Below, piece after piece: positions 53,402 to 63,148 of a DNA stretch of 64,000 bases; the stretch's first letter is position 1; each line of letters starts with the position of its first letter. A program made the position numbers and the translations under genes. Source of the DNA: a virus. Location of the stretch: positions 27,634-91,633 of the IMG/VR virus record IMGVR_UViG_3300005688_000028. The stretch is one strand, 5' to 3'. The notes beneath the pieces were generated by a model, which searched no databases, had not been told where the DNA came from, and saw nothing but the letters and a program-made list of their open reading frames with translations.

Positions 53402-53976
53402 GCCGCCACCCCGCGCTGGTAGGTGGCCGGATACCGCTCGGCGACGCTGGCCCGGTGGGCCGCAAGCGCTGCCTTGGCGACCTCGGGATCGACCCGCCAC
53501 TCCTTGTTGGCCTCCGGCCGCTCGACTCCGAAGCGCGTGAGCGCGATCCGCAGGGTCGGTGGCGCGACTCCGAGCTCGCGGGCGAGGACCGCAACCGCCT
53601 CGCAGCGAAGCCACTTCTCCATCGCCTCGCGGGCCTCTTCGAGATCCACCCGATACCGGACGCCCGTGCCTCGTCGCTTGAGCTTGCGGCGCGGGTTCGT
53701 GATGAGGCGCTCGACCGAGACGCCGGCCCAATCGAGGACCCGCATCAAGGTCGTGTTGTCGACGCCCATCTTCTTCGCGGCGACGAGCGCGGACACACAC
53801 CCGGACTCGACCTTGGTGCTCAGCCCGAGCCGTTGCGCCCGCTCGTAGACCCCGCCAGGGCAACGCCCGAGGTACTTGCCGATCCAGCTCACGGAGCGGA
53901 CACCCCAGAACCAGCGCAGCACGTCGTCTTCGTGGGGCGCCCACCTGCGCCGCTTCTCCGATGCCTCTGCCGTCAT
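53398..53976 (-). CDS. Multi-HTH DNA-binding protein
   Basis: WAPHEDDVL..IGKYLGR..V..RAQRLGL plus two further HTH-like units. Confidence 0.75.
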   Translation of the reverse strand: MTAEASEKRRRWAPHEDDVLRWFWGVRSVSWIGKYLGRCPGGVYERAQRLGLSTKVESGCVSALVAAKKMGVDNTTLMRVLDWAGVSVERLITNPRRKLKRRGTGVRYRVDLEEAREAMEKWLRCEAVAVLARELGVAPPTLRIALTRFGVERPEANKEWRVDPEVAKAALAAHRASVAERYPATYQRGVAA

Positions 53977-54407
53977 GCCTCTCTCCTGCTCTCGATGAGG
54001 TTGTGAAGGGCCGTGGCGTTGAGCTCTCGCAGACGCTCACGCACGACCCGATGCGACGGGGCCGCGTCCAGAAGCTCGAAGCGCAGTGCCGCGTGGAGCT
54101 GCTGGAGCTTCAAAACCTGCCCCTCGTCGTAGGTGTCGGCCTTGGGGCCGAGGAAGCGGGCGACGTAGGCGCGCCCGAGGTGGCGCTCGCATTCGGCCAG
54201 CATCGCGGCATAGTCGGGCTCGATCCGGGGCGACTGGCGCTTCGGGACGTGAATCCCGATCGACCTCGCGAGCCGACGCCAAAGCGCGTGCGCGATCTTC
54301 GGCGACAGGTTGAACTCGACCGCCAGGTCATCCGAGCACGCGCCGTTCTTGACCCGCTCGAGCGCGGCTTTCTCGCGCTCGGCCTTGCGCGCAGATCGGG
54401 CGTTCAT
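53973..54407 (-). CDS. Hypothetical protein (possible HTH)
   Basis: Coupled ORF. Confidence 0.65.
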   Translation of the reverse strand: MNARSARKAEREKAALERVKNGACSDDLAVEFNLSPKIAHALWRRLARSIGIHVPKRQSPRIEPDYAAMLAECERHLGRAYVARFLGPKADTYDEGQVLKLQQLHAALRFELLDAAPSHRVVRERLRELNATALHNLIESRREA

Positions 54408-54661
54408 TCCGCACCGCCGCGCACGATCGAAAAGAGGCTCTGGCGAGCAGCCGTCACTCTGCCGCCAGAGCCGGACACCTCCGCCGAAATGGAGGTGTCG
54501 AGGAAATCGTCGCGCACGATCTGCCGGCGCTCATTCGTGTCTGGGATGAGCATCCGAAAGCAGCGCACACACACCGGGCCAAGGCCCGAGCTTGAATGGG
54601 GCCACAGCATCGTGACGAGGCCGTGCTGGTAGCAGCGCGCGCGGCGCGTCCGCACCTTCAT
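54404..54661 (-). CDS. Small protein with CxxH/CxxC
   Basis: TGATG coupling; CYQHG..CVRC. Confidence 0.55.
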   Translation of the reverse strand: MKVRTRRARCYQHGLVTMLWPHSSSGLGPVCVRCFRMLIPDTNERRQIVRDDFLDTSISAEVSGSGGRVTAARQSLFSIVRGGAE

Positions 54662-54957
54662 CAGTGCTTCTCGTGGATGGCGCGGAGCTTCGATTGCAGG
54701 GCCGCGAGCTTGGCCTTGGCCCTGTTCTCGAGGTGCAGGGTGAGCGGCCAGGACGCGAGCGCCACGAGGAAACAGACGTAGCCCGCGAGCACCAGATCGG
54801 CCCGGGCGCCCTCGTCGTCTTGGCTCAGGGCCGCGGTGAAGAGCACGAGCGCCGCGACGTTCGCGAAGACCACGCACAACGCGACCCACCCCGCTCGCAT
54901 GAAGGCCCGCTCGCACGCTCGGTTGTCCCGCCCGGCTTGTTTGATCTCGTCGGTCAT
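54661..54957 (-). CDS. Two-TM membrane protein
   Basis: GAGG RBS; two hydrophobic helices and basic tail. Confidence 0.7.
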   Translation of the reverse strand: MTDEIKQAGRDNRACERAFMRAGWVALCVVFANVAALVLFTAALSQDDEGARADLVLAGYVCFLVALASWPLTLHLENRAKAKLAALQSKLRAIHEKH

Positions 54958-55217
54958 GCCGCACCTCGTTCCGAGGCGGTCGAGGCGGACCGATGAGCCT
55001 TGTGGAGCCGGTGCCACTCCAAGATCGTGCCGTCCCGATCGAACGCGCGACCGAGGACTTCCCCGCACCGATCGACAAGCTCCTGATCGAGCTTGTGCTT
55101 TGCGCGGAAGGCCCGATGGACCCGGACCGGGTAAAACTGAGGCCCCAGAAGGCGACAGACTTCCGCCTGTCCCGACTCCTCGACCCACTGAAAGAACGTC
55201 TTGCGCTTGCGCTTCAT
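54954..55217 (-). CDS. Cro-like regulator (first gene of leftward lytic operon)
   Basis: Divergent from repressor; TTGACC-N18-TAACGT-N7-ATG. Confidence 0.6.
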   Translation of the reverse strand: MKRKRKTFFQWVEESGQAEVCRLLGPQFYPVRVHRAFRAKHKLDQELVDRCGEVLGRAFDRDGTILEWHRLHKAHRSASTASERGAA

Positions 55218-55227
55218 GCGGCCGACG

Positions 55228-55313
55228 TTACGCTGAGTGCAAAACGCCGGTCAAGGGGGCTTTACGGAAAACGAAAAGACCTCGTCGTTGTGCCGACATT
55301 ACAATCAGTGTAA
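55228..55313. promoter_or_regulatory. Three operators TTAC-N7-G(T/C/A)AA and divergent promoters
   Basis: 55228-55242, 55262-55276, 55299-55313; TACAAT at 55300; TTGACC on minus strand at 55254. Confidence 0.75.
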
Positions 55314-55323
55314 AACGCAACCC

Positions 55324-56064
55324 ATGGCGTTGCGTTTGCCCCACCCCGGCCCGTCACTCCGCGCAGCTCGCGAGCGCCGGGGCCTCACGCTTGAGGAAGT
55401 GGCCGAGGGCACGGGGCTTTCGATTGCGACGATCTCGCGGGTAGAGGGCCAGAAGTACCGAGGCAAGCCGAGCACGATTGAGGCGCTGGCGTCCTTCTAT
55501 GGTGTCGACCCGTCGGCGCTTCTTCAGGGCGATTGGGAGGGCGAGTACCAGCCGAGCCCGGATGAGCCCGCATCCTCTGGCGGCCGATCGGGGCTGGAGC
55601 GCAGCTTCTCACTCGAGTCGTCAGTCGAGGCCGACGGGCACGCGACGGGACCGGGCGCGATGCGCCACCCGCGCCTTGCCGAGCGCCTGCGGGTGTACGA
55701 GCAAGGCCACAGTCGCCGAGGGGCGCCCGCGCCGAATCGTTCGGTGTCGCTCGCGGGCGTTCCAATCGGCTGCGAGGTCTTCGAGGTCCGCTCGGAGCGT
55801 CCGGTGCTGATCTACGAGGACGCCCAGGTCGTCGATGCGCTCAGGCCCGGCGAGCTATTGATCGTGGACCCGAAGGCCCCGCTCGAGAACGGCGCCCTTG
55901 CGCTTGTCCTCGTGGACTCCGACGAGGGCGCTTCAACGCTGCTCGTGAGGCACCGGCTGTTCGCCGGGGTCCCGCTGCTCATACGGATGGACGGCGTCGG
56001 GATGCCCATGGGCCGCGACGTCGAGGTCATGGGCGTGGTGGTTGAAAGGCGGCTCGTGAGCTGA
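55324..56064 (+). CDS. CI-like repressor (XRE HTH plus degenerate S24 domain)
   Basis: LRAARERRGLTLEEVAEGTGLSIATISRVE; PGELLIVDP..ENG; VMGVVV. Confidence 0.88.
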   Translation: MALRLPHPGPSLRAARERRGLTLEEVAEGTGLSIATISRVEGQKYRGKPSTIEALASFYGVDPSALLQGDWEGEYQPSPDEPASSGGRSGLERSFSLESSVEADGHATGPGAMRHPRLAERLRVYEQGHSRRGAPAPNRSVSLAGVPIGCEVFEVRSERPVLIYEDAQVVDALRPGELLIVDPKAPLENGALALVLVDSDEGASTLLVRHRLFAGVPLLIRMDGVGMPMGRDVEVMGVVVERRLVS

Positions 56065-56066
56065 TC

Positions 56067-56597
56067 GTGGATTGCGCCAAGATTGAAGAGCTGGCGCTTG
56101 ATCTACGGGGGCAACTCGGGGGCCGCGATCCGACCGAGGCGCTTGAGCTCGCCCAGCTTGCCCACCCGATCACCGCACGCTTCGGCGCCCGATTGTGGTC
56201 GGTCCGCGCCCGCCTCTTCGGCCAGCTCCCGCCCCACGTCTACGCGATGACGACGCTCGCCCCGGGCGCCGGATCGGCGACCCTCTGGCTACACCGCCAC
56301 GCATGGGCCGAGCTGCCGCGCGAGGTCCCGAGGACCCGCTTCAGCGTCGCGCACGAGCTCGGCCACGTCTCGCTGCACGCGGTCGAGCTCGCCGCGATGC
56401 ACGCGAAGATCGAGCCCGACCACCACGATCGGCTCGAGCGCGAGGCCAACCGCTTCGCCGCTCACCTCCTGATTCCCGACCGGGCCTTCGCGGCCCTTGT
56501 GGCGTCCGAACTGGCCCCCGATGCGCTTGCGAGGCGCTTCGGCGTCAGTGCCATGACGGCCGGGAAGCGGCTGGCCGAATGGATGGGCGAGCGGTGA
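56067..56597 (+). CDS. ImmA/IrrE metallopeptidase
   Basis: RFSVAHELGH..H, EREANRFAAHLLIP. Confidence 0.92.
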   Translation: MDCAKIEELALDLRGQLGGRDPTEALELAQLAHPITARFGARLWSVRARLFGQLPPHVYAMTTLAPGAGSATLWLHRHAWAELPREVPRTRFSVAHELGHVSLHAVELAAMHAKIEPDHHDRLEREANRFAAHLLIPDRAFAALVASELAPDALARRFGVSAMTAGKRLAEWMGER

Positions 56598-56635
56598 CCG
56601 TAAAAGCGTGTCGTGTCGGTCGCTTGCACGAAAGA

Positions 56636-56690
56636 TTGCACAAAGCGTAAAAACAGGGTTGCCAAGCGTTTTACGCTTCCTGTAAAAGCT
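56636..56690 (+). promoter_or_regulatory. Early rightward promoter with two operators
   Basis: TTGC-N7-GTAA 56636-56650, TTAC-N7-GTAA 56671-56685; TTGCCA at 56659. Confidence 0.7.
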
Positions 56691-56721
56691 CGATTGTTCC
56701 CGTCGCAAAAGGAGCAATCGA

Positions 56722-57033
56722 ATGAACGACACTACGAACACCACCGAGAAACCGGGCCTCGACCCCGCGTTCCTCGCGGACATCACCGCCAAGGTGGGCA
56801 CCCTGCCCGACGGGTGGGAGCTTGACATCGAAGGCATGGCGAGCTCGCCGGGCGGTGCTTGGTTCCGCAACCCCGATGCTGGAGTCAAGCACGTCGGGGC
56901 CATAGTCGCGGTCCCCGCCGACCATCTCGCCAATCACGCCTGGATCTGGGCTGAGCGCGAGCGCCGCGCCGAGCTCGAGCTTTCGCTCATCCGCCACCTG
57001 CGGAGCCTCTCCCCTGTCGAGGTGACGCCGTGA
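56722..57033 (+). CDS. Hypothetical protein
   Basis: AAGGAG RBS. Confidence 0.75.
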   Translation: MNDTTNTTEKPGLDPAFLADITAKVGTLPDGWELDIEGMASSPGGAWFRNPDAGVKHVGAIVAVPADHLANHAWIWAERERRAELELSLIRHLRSLSPVEVTP

Positions 57034-57158
57034 GCGCCCCCGCCTGGAACGTCGAGGTCGGCGAGGCCATCGTCGAGACGTTGTTGGAGGCGTTCACGCG
57101 CCACCAACACTTGGCAATCTGCCACCGACTGCGCCAGCGCGCCGAGGTGGCCGCGTGA
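57030..57158 (+). CDS. 42-aa hypothetical protein (not in ORF track)
   Basis: GTGA coupling at both ends, GAGG RBS. Confidence 0.5.
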   Translation: MSAPAWNVEVGEAIVETLLEAFTRHQHLAICHRLRQRAEVAA

Positions 57159-57433
57159 AGGGCATTCCTTGCGACGCGCGGCGCCGCGAAATCGACATCT
57201 ACGAGGCGAAAACTCGCGAGCTACCGCGCCCGGTGCCTCGCGACCCCGGCCCCGTTCCTGGCCCATGGAGTGCCGAGGACGGCCGGGCTTCGCTGCCCAC
57301 GGGCGAAGCGCTGGTGCAGGTCGGAGAGACCATCACCATCGCGGCGCACAACGACCACAACACCATCACCCACCTGATCCGCTTCCTCGAATGGATGCGG
57401 GCCGGCGGAACCATTCAGGGAGACGAACGATGA
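57155..57433 (+). CDS. Hypothetical protein
   Basis: Coupled ORF. Confidence 0.65.
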   Translation: MKGIPCDARRREIDIYEAKTRELPRPVPRDPGPVPGPWSAEDGRASLPTGEALVQVGETITIAAHNDHNTITHLIRFLEWMRAGGTIQGDER

Positions 57434-58638
57434 CCCAGAGCAGGAACCAGACCCGGCCACCGCAGGCCGGACAGACCCAGGCGCCGATGCGCGGCGAGCT
57501 CGCGACCATCGTGGGGAGCGACGCCAATCCCCAGCGGCTCACGGAGAAGCTGACTCGCGCCGCCGAGATCTACAATGTCGTTGCCCCGCAGACCGCCGTC
57601 GGAACGCTGCCCGAAGGCTGCGACGTGGCAATCGTGGCGGTCGTGGTCGACCCCGAGACCGAGAGCTACGCGATCACGGGAGGTGGCGGCACCCGTGGTC
57701 TCTCCAAGGTGGCCCTCGACAAGATCGACGCTGCGGCGGGGATCTCGTGGGACGCCAATCTCTCGGGACGCCTTGATGATGGGCGCCACCCTCACTACTG
57801 CCACTTCAGGAAGGTGGGGCACATCCGCAACTTCGATGGCAGCGTGCGGACCATCGCCAACGAGAAGGTCATGGACCTCCGCGACGGCTCGGCCCAGGTC
57901 GATGAGATCCTGTCCAAAGCCAAGACCGTCGAGGCGGGCTGGGCGCAGGTTCGCCAGACCCGCGTCCACATCCTTTCGCACGCGGAGACGAAGGCCCGCC
58001 TCCGTGCGGTCCGCTCCATCGGCCTCCGGTCCAGCTACAGCCCCGACGCGCTCAGAAAGCCTTTCGTGATCGCCAAGCTCGTCTGGACCGGCAAGACCCA
58101 GGACCCGGAGCTTCGTCGCGCCTTCGCCCTCAAACAGCAGGAGGCCATGCTCGGGGCCAACGCGGCCCTGTACGGTGCGCAGAGCGCGCCCGCGACCATC
58201 GCGCATCGCGGCTACGCCGCTCCTCCGGTGGACCAGACCCCGCCGGATGACGAGGGCTTCGACACGATCGAGGCCGAATGGGAGCCCCAGCGCCAGGCCG
58301 CACCGGCGGCGCGCCAGCCGACGAGGCCGATGGGCACGCCGCAGGCCCAGCAGGCCCCGCCACCGAACCAGGAGGTGCCCGCGACCAATCATGTCACGAG
58401 CGAGGGCCTGTCGGGCTTCACCATGCCGGCGAAGAAGGGCGACCCGCGTGTGCCGATCGAGCACGCCGAGGACGATCAGCTCAACTACTGGCGCAACCGG
58501 CTCAAGAAGGGGCTCGACGAAGGCACGTCCAACTATCCCGACAAGGACCGCTCGCTGCTCGAGGCCATGGACCGCGAGCTGAAACGCCGCTTCGAGGGTG
58601 AGGCCCCCGCGGCCGGCGAAGAGGAGGTGCCGTTTTGA
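57430..58638 (+). CDS. Putative ssDNA-annealing recombinase
   Basis: LSKVALDKI..AAGISW, AETKARLRAVR; acidic EEEVPF tail; precedes SbcD/SbcC. Confidence 0.6.
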   Translation: MTQSRNQTRPPQAGQTQAPMRGELATIVGSDANPQRLTEKLTRAAEIYNVVAPQTAVGTLPEGCDVAIVAVVVDPETESYAITGGGGTRGLSKVALDKIDAAAGISWDANLSGRLDDGRHPHYCHFRKVGHIRNFDGSVRTIANEKVMDLRDGSAQVDEILSKAKTVEAGWAQVRQTRVHILSHAETKARLRAVRSIGLRSSYSPDALRKPFVIAKLVWTGKTQDPELRRAFALKQQEAMLGANAALYGAQSAPATIAHRGYAAPPVDQTPPDDEGFDTIEAEWEPQRQAAPAARQPTRPMGTPQAQQAPPPNQEVPATNHVTSEGLSGFTMPAKKGDPRVPIEHAEDDQLNYWRNRLKKGLDEGTSNYPDKDRSLLEAMDRELKRRFEGEAPAAGEEEVPF

Positions 58639-59795
58639 CCCGCGTCGCCATCATCGCTGATTCTCACTGGGACGAACATTCCCGCTTCGAGGAGTGCATC
58701 GCGATCCACAACTGGATCGCCACCGACATGCAGTGCCGCAACGTCGACCTCGTGCTCCACGCGGGCGACGTCTTCGAGCGCCGGAGCACGCCGCGCGAGC
58801 GGGCGGCCTTCGCGTCATGGGTCCAGAAGGTCGCCACCCACGTCGGCCCGCTGGTCATCGTGCGCGGCAACCATGACCCGCTTGGCGACCTGCCGATCTT
58901 CTCGCGCCTCGAGACCCGCTATGAGGTCATCGTCGAGGAGGCCGCCAACGTCCACGTCATCACCTGCAACGGTGTCGACGTGGCGGTCGCGTGTCTCGCG
59001 TGGCCCCGCAAGGCCGAGCTTCTGGCGCGGCTTCCCAACACGGTCGGTCGCGAGGACTCCGAGCAGGCCGCCCGGGAGGCGCTGCGCATGGTGCTCCGAT
59101 GGCTCGGCGACGAGCTCGAGAGGCACGAGGGGCCGACGGTGCTCCTGTCGCACGCGATGGTGTCGGGCTCGCTGACCAGCACGGGCCAGCCGCTCGTGGG
59201 ATGCGACCTCGAGATCGGGCTCGACGACCTGGCGCTCGCCGGGGCTGACTTCACGGCGCTCGGGCACATCCACATGCCGCAGGACTGGCAGATCCCCACG
59301 GGCCGGGCCGTGGCTTACCCGGGGAGCCCGCGCCGGACCGCCTACGGGGAGGTCGAGGACAAGGGATACATCATCATCGACATCGACGACGACGGAACCG
59401 TCTCGTGGCAGCGGGTTCAGACCCCGGCCCGCAAGATGGTACTGATCCACGTCGGGCTCACCGAGGACTTCCGGGCCATCGACCATCAGGTGCGCGAGGC
59501 CGAGGTGCGCCTCCGCTACGACACCGCGGCCGACACCCGGGAGGCCATGCGCTCGAACGCCCGCGGTTGGGCCGGGGCGCTCGTTGCCGAGGGCGGAGCC
59601 GTCGAGGTGAAGATCGAAGAGGTCGTGCAGCCGTCGGTCCGGGCGCGAGCGCCCGAGATCGCGGCGGCCAAGACGATCGGGGAGAAGCTGCGGGCCGTGT
59701 GGGATGCGCGCGGAGACGCGCCCGAAGAGGACCGGGCTGAGCGGCTGATTGGGATGGCGAACAGGCTTGAGGAGGAGGTGCGAAATGTCTCGTAA
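58635..59795 (+). CDS. sbcD: SbcD/Mre11 nuclease
   Basis: ADSH, HAGDVFE, GNHD, LGHIH, YPGSP. Confidence 0.9.
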   Translation: MTRVAIIADSHWDEHSRFEECIAIHNWIATDMQCRNVDLVLHAGDVFERRSTPRERAAFASWVQKVATHVGPLVIVRGNHDPLGDLPIFSRLETRYEVIVEEAANVHVITCNGVDVAVACLAWPRKAELLARLPNTVGREDSEQAAREALRMVLRWLGDELERHEGPTVLLSHAMVSGSLTSTGQPLVGCDLEIGLDDLALAGADFTALGHIHMPQDWQIPTGRAVAYPGSPRRTAYGEVEDKGYIIIDIDDDGTVSWQRVQTPARKMVLIHVGLTEDFRAIDHQVREAEVRLRYDTAADTREAMRSNARGWAGALVAEGGAVEVKIEEVVQPSVRARAPEIAAAKTIGEKLRAVWDARGDAPEEDRAERLIGMANRLEEEVRNVS

Positions 59796-60192
59796 GTTCA
59801 ATCTCGAAGCGGTGCGAGAGGCGGCCCTCAAGGCGGGATACTCGGCCCCATTCGGAGACGAGGAAGGAACCATCGAAGTCCGAGTCTCGCGTCCCGACGG
59901 CACTCACTACACGCTCATCCAGTGGAGCGAGGCGTGTGGCGCGGTTTTCACCGTCTGCCATCCCGAGGAGTCCCGCAAGGCGCTGGCGGCCTACGACGCG
60001 ATCTTGGAGCGGTTGAAGGTCGAGCTGCCGAAGGGGTGGCACGAGATGACGACCGGACCAATCCGTCGGACGTTCCATGCCTCTGACTCCAAGCTGGAAG
60101 TCCGCGTGAACCACTCGCTCATAGATGATGGACTTTCGCAGGAGGCCGCCGACAAGCTCCACAAGCTCGCCGACTGGCTGGCGGACCAGTGA
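59785..60192 (+). CDS. Hypothetical protein
   Basis: GGAGGAGG RBS. Confidence 0.7.
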   Translation: MSRKFNLEAVREAALKAGYSAPFGDEEGTIEVRVSRPDGTHYTLIQWSEACGAVFTVCHPEESRKALAAYDAILERLKVELPKGWHEMTTGPIRRTFHASDSKLEVRVNHSLIDDGLSQEAADKLHKLADWLADQ

Positions 60193-60383
60193 GCGACCCG
60201 CACAACACCGTGCGAATCCACGTCACCATCGGTGACGTGCTGGCGCTCGAAAATGCCATTCCGGTTGAGACTCATCGCCGGAGTGCCTTCCAACATCTGG
60301 TGGCCCGGATTGCTGGCGAAGCGCGCCGGCAACTTGAGGGCCAGGGGCGAAACGGCGGCAAGCCGGCCCGGAGGACACCATGA
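60189..60383 (+). CDS. Hypothetical protein
   Basis: Coupled at both ends. Confidence 0.5.
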   Translation: MSDPHNTVRIHVTIGDVLALENAIPVETHRRSAFQHLVARIAGEARRQLEGQGRNGGKPARRTP

Positions 60384-62830
60384 GACTCGAGAAGCTGACC
60401 ATCCGCGGGATCGGCCCCTTCAAGGGCGAGGCCACGCTCGACCTCCGCAACGTCGACCACAAGATCATCGCCATCACCGGGGCGAACGGAGCGGGCAAAT
60501 CGACCACGCTCGAGCTCTTCCCGGCCGCCCTCTACAGAGAGTGCCCCACCCGCGGCTCGCTCGCGAGTCTCGCCACCCGGCGCGATGCCTTCGTCGAGGC
60601 CCAGGTGGTCAACGGCGAGCGCTTCACCGTGCGCCAGCTCGTCGACGGGGTGAGCGGCAAGGGCGAGACCGTGCTGCTCGACGAGAACGGGCAGGCCATC
60701 AACGCCAGCGGCAAGCTCCGCGAGGCCGACGCCTGGATCGCGCGCCACATCCTCCCGCCCGAGGTAGTGTATGCCTCGATCTTCGCCCACCAAGGCAACG
60801 CGGGCTTCATCCGGCTCAAGTCGGCCGACCGCAAGAAGGTGCTCTTGCGGGTGCTTGGAATCGAGCGCCTGGAAGCGATGGCCGAGAAGGCCCGCGAGCG
60901 CGCGCGCTTCGCGAAGGAAGACCTCCGGCTGATCGAGGTCCGGCAGGCCGACGAGAAGGCCCGGGGTGTCTCGGTGGACGTCGCCGAGGCCGGGCTTCAT
61001 CAGGCCAAGACGGCGAGCGCCGAGGCCGACGCGGCGCTTGTGGCCGCTCGGGAGCGCCTTCAGGTTCTCCGTGACGAGGTGGCCGCGATCGAAGAGGCCC
61101 GCCGCGCGTGGGATGCGGCTCGCGTGACCTTCGATGGGCTCTCAGAGCGGATTCTGAACCTGTCGGGCCGGCGCGGCGACCTGCTCAAGCGCCTCGACAA
61201 CAACCGGGGCGTGCTCGCGCGCGCCGAGGAAATCCGCGCCGCGGTGGCGAGGGCAGCCGAGCTCGACCTCCTGATCCGCGACGCCGAGACCCTGGACAAC
61301 CAGCGCGTGCAGGCCATCAGCGCGGCCGACGCCGCTTGGCGCACCGCCCGCTCTCACGTCGAGGCGGCTGGGCAGCGGCTCGAGGACGCGAAGCGCTCCA
61401 AGAAGAGCGCCGAGGACATGGCGCGCATCCTGCGGCCCAAGGTCGAGGAGGCCCGCGCGGCGCTCCCCGAGGCGGTGGAGCACGCTCGGCTGAACCGTGA
61501 AGCCTACGAGGGCGCGTGCAGGTCGCTGGAGCGGCTGCAAGGCCAGCAGACGGCCACGGCCGACGAGCGGATTCAGGCCCTTCGCGGGGCGCTCGACGAC
61601 ATCATCCTCGACGACCGCCATGACGACGCGGACGAGCTCGGGCGCGTCAAGGACGTTGCATCGGGCGCCCTGTCGACCGACGACTGGCGCGTGGCGCAGG
61701 CCGCGGCGCTCCCGGGCAAGGTCGCCGAGGCCAAGGCCTTCCAGCGGGAGACGTGGGCCGCGGTGGCGCAGGCGGACGAGAAGGTCCAGCGTCTTCAGCA
61801 GGCCCTCGCTCGCGAGGACGACCTCGCCCGGCTCGACGCCGAGGCGACCCATTGGGACAGCCGTATCGGACCGGCGCAACAGGCGCTCGACGAGGCCCGA
61901 GACCACGAGGACAACCGCCGTATCGAGGTCGAGACGCTGTGCGAGCAGCCCCCGCTCGACGCCTCGGACGCGAAGGCGAACCGTGCAGCGCTCGAGCCCG
62001 TCCTGAAGCTGGTCGGCCCTCTGGCCCAGGCCGAGGCTCGGATCGCCGAGCTGGAAACTCAGCTCTCGCAGGTCGAGGCGGACCTCGCAGACGTCGAGAC
62101 CGAGCGGGCCGCGATGGTCCTGCCGCCGCCGCCGCGCGTGACCCCTCACACCGGGGTCGCCGAAGAAGAGGTGCGCCGCTTCGAGCGAGCCGCGATGAAC
62201 GCCTCGAACGCGGTGGCGCTGGCCCAGAAGAGCGTCGAGGACGCGGTCGCGCGGGCTGCGAAGCTCGCCGAGCTCGACACCGAGCGCACGGAGATCGTGG
62301 GGCGCCTCGCGGACTGGACGCGCCTCGCGAACGACCTCGGCAAAGACGGCATCCAGGCGCTCGAGATCGACGCGGCCGGCCCGGAGCTGAGCGCGCTCGT
62401 GAACGACATGCTCCACACCTGTCATGGCAGCCGCTTCACGGTGTCGGTGGAGACCACGCGGCTCGACGCCAAGGGCAAGCGCCAGCTCGAGGGCTGCGAG
62501 GTGATGGTGGTCGATACCGTGGCGGGGCGCGAAGGCCCGGTGGAGACCTTCAGCGGGGGCGAGTCGGTCATCATCGGCGAGGCCATCGCGCTCGCGCTGA
62601 GCGTGCTCGCCTGCCGCCATGCGGGAATCGAGAGGCCGACCCTGGTCCGCGACGAGAGCGGCGCAGCGCTCGACCCCGCGAATGGGCGGGCCTACGTCGC
62701 GATGCTGAGGCGCGCCGCCGAGATGGTGGACGCCGACAAGGTACTGTTCGTGTCGCATGCGCCCGAGCTGCAAGAGCTGGCGGATGCGCGAATCGTGGTG
62801 GCCGATGGCGGCCTGACTCTGGAGGGATGA
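60380..62830 (+). CDS. sbcC: SbcC/Rad50 ATPase
   Basis: GANGAGKST, coiled coil, FSGGE, LVRDE..ALD, VSH. Confidence 0.92.
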   Translation: MRLEKLTIRGIGPFKGEATLDLRNVDHKIIAITGANGAGKSTTLELFPAALYRECPTRGSLASLATRRDAFVEAQVVNGERFTVRQLVDGVSGKGETVLLDENGQAINASGKLREADAWIARHILPPEVVYASIFAHQGNAGFIRLKSADRKKVLLRVLGIERLEAMAEKARERARFAKEDLRLIEVRQADEKARGVSVDVAEAGLHQAKTASAEADAALVAARERLQVLRDEVAAIEEARRAWDAARVTFDGLSERILNLSGRRGDLLKRLDNNRGVLARAEEIRAAVARAAELDLLIRDAETLDNQRVQAISAADAAWRTARSHVEAAGQRLEDAKRSKKSAEDMARILRPKVEEARAALPEAVEHARLNREAYEGACRSLERLQGQQTATADERIQALRGALDDIILDDRHDDADELGRVKDVASGALSTDDWRVAQAAALPGKVAEAKAFQRETWAAVAQADEKVQRLQQALAREDDLARLDAEATHWDSRIGPAQQALDEARDHEDNRRIEVETLCEQPPLDASDAKANRAALEPVLKLVGPLAQAEARIAELETQLSQVEADLADVETERAAMVLPPPPRVTPHTGVAEEEVRRFERAAMNASNAVALAQKSVEDAVARAAKLAELDTERTEIVGRLADWTRLANDLGKDGIQALEIDAAGPELSALVNDMLHTCHGSRFTVSVETTRLDAKGKRQLEGCEVMVVDTVAGREGPVETFSGGESVIIGEAIALALSVLACRHAGIERPTLVRDESGAALDPANGRAYVAMLRRAAEMVDADKVLFVSHAPELQELADARIVVADGGLTLEG

Positions 62831-62833
62831 GAA

Positions 62834-63148
62834 ATGCGACTTATCGTGCCCGGGCTCATCAGCCCCTTCTACACAGACCTGTTCCGCTCGCCGCCGCCGA
62901 GCGGTGAGAGCAACTGCAAGCTGACGTTGCAGCCCGGCTGGGCCATCGAGGCCGCGAAAGATGCCGCGCACGGCCATCGGGACCACATTCGATTCGCCCA
63001 TGAAGTGCTCGAAAACCCCGAGAAGACGAGGGCCGCTCACAAGCGCCAGCGCCGCGCCGAGCGCTACGTCTCGAAGTGCCTCGGGGTGCGGTGGACCGTC
63101 ACGCCCGAGAGCCACAAAGAGTGGCTTCGAGAAAACATCCCGTTCTGA
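62834..63148 (+). CDS. Hypothetical protein
   Basis: GGAGG RBS; ends in IPF. Confidence 0.6.
   Translation: MRLIVPGLISPFYTDLFRSPPPSGESNCKLTLQPGWAIEAAKDAAHGHRDHIRFAHEVLENPEKTRAAHKRQRRAERYVSKCLGVRWTVTPESHKEWLRENIPF

Noticed and set aside
56977-56986. CGAGCTTTCG resembling the late promoter motif
   Set aside because: Mismatched 5' end, inside an early gene, no downstream minus-strand gene
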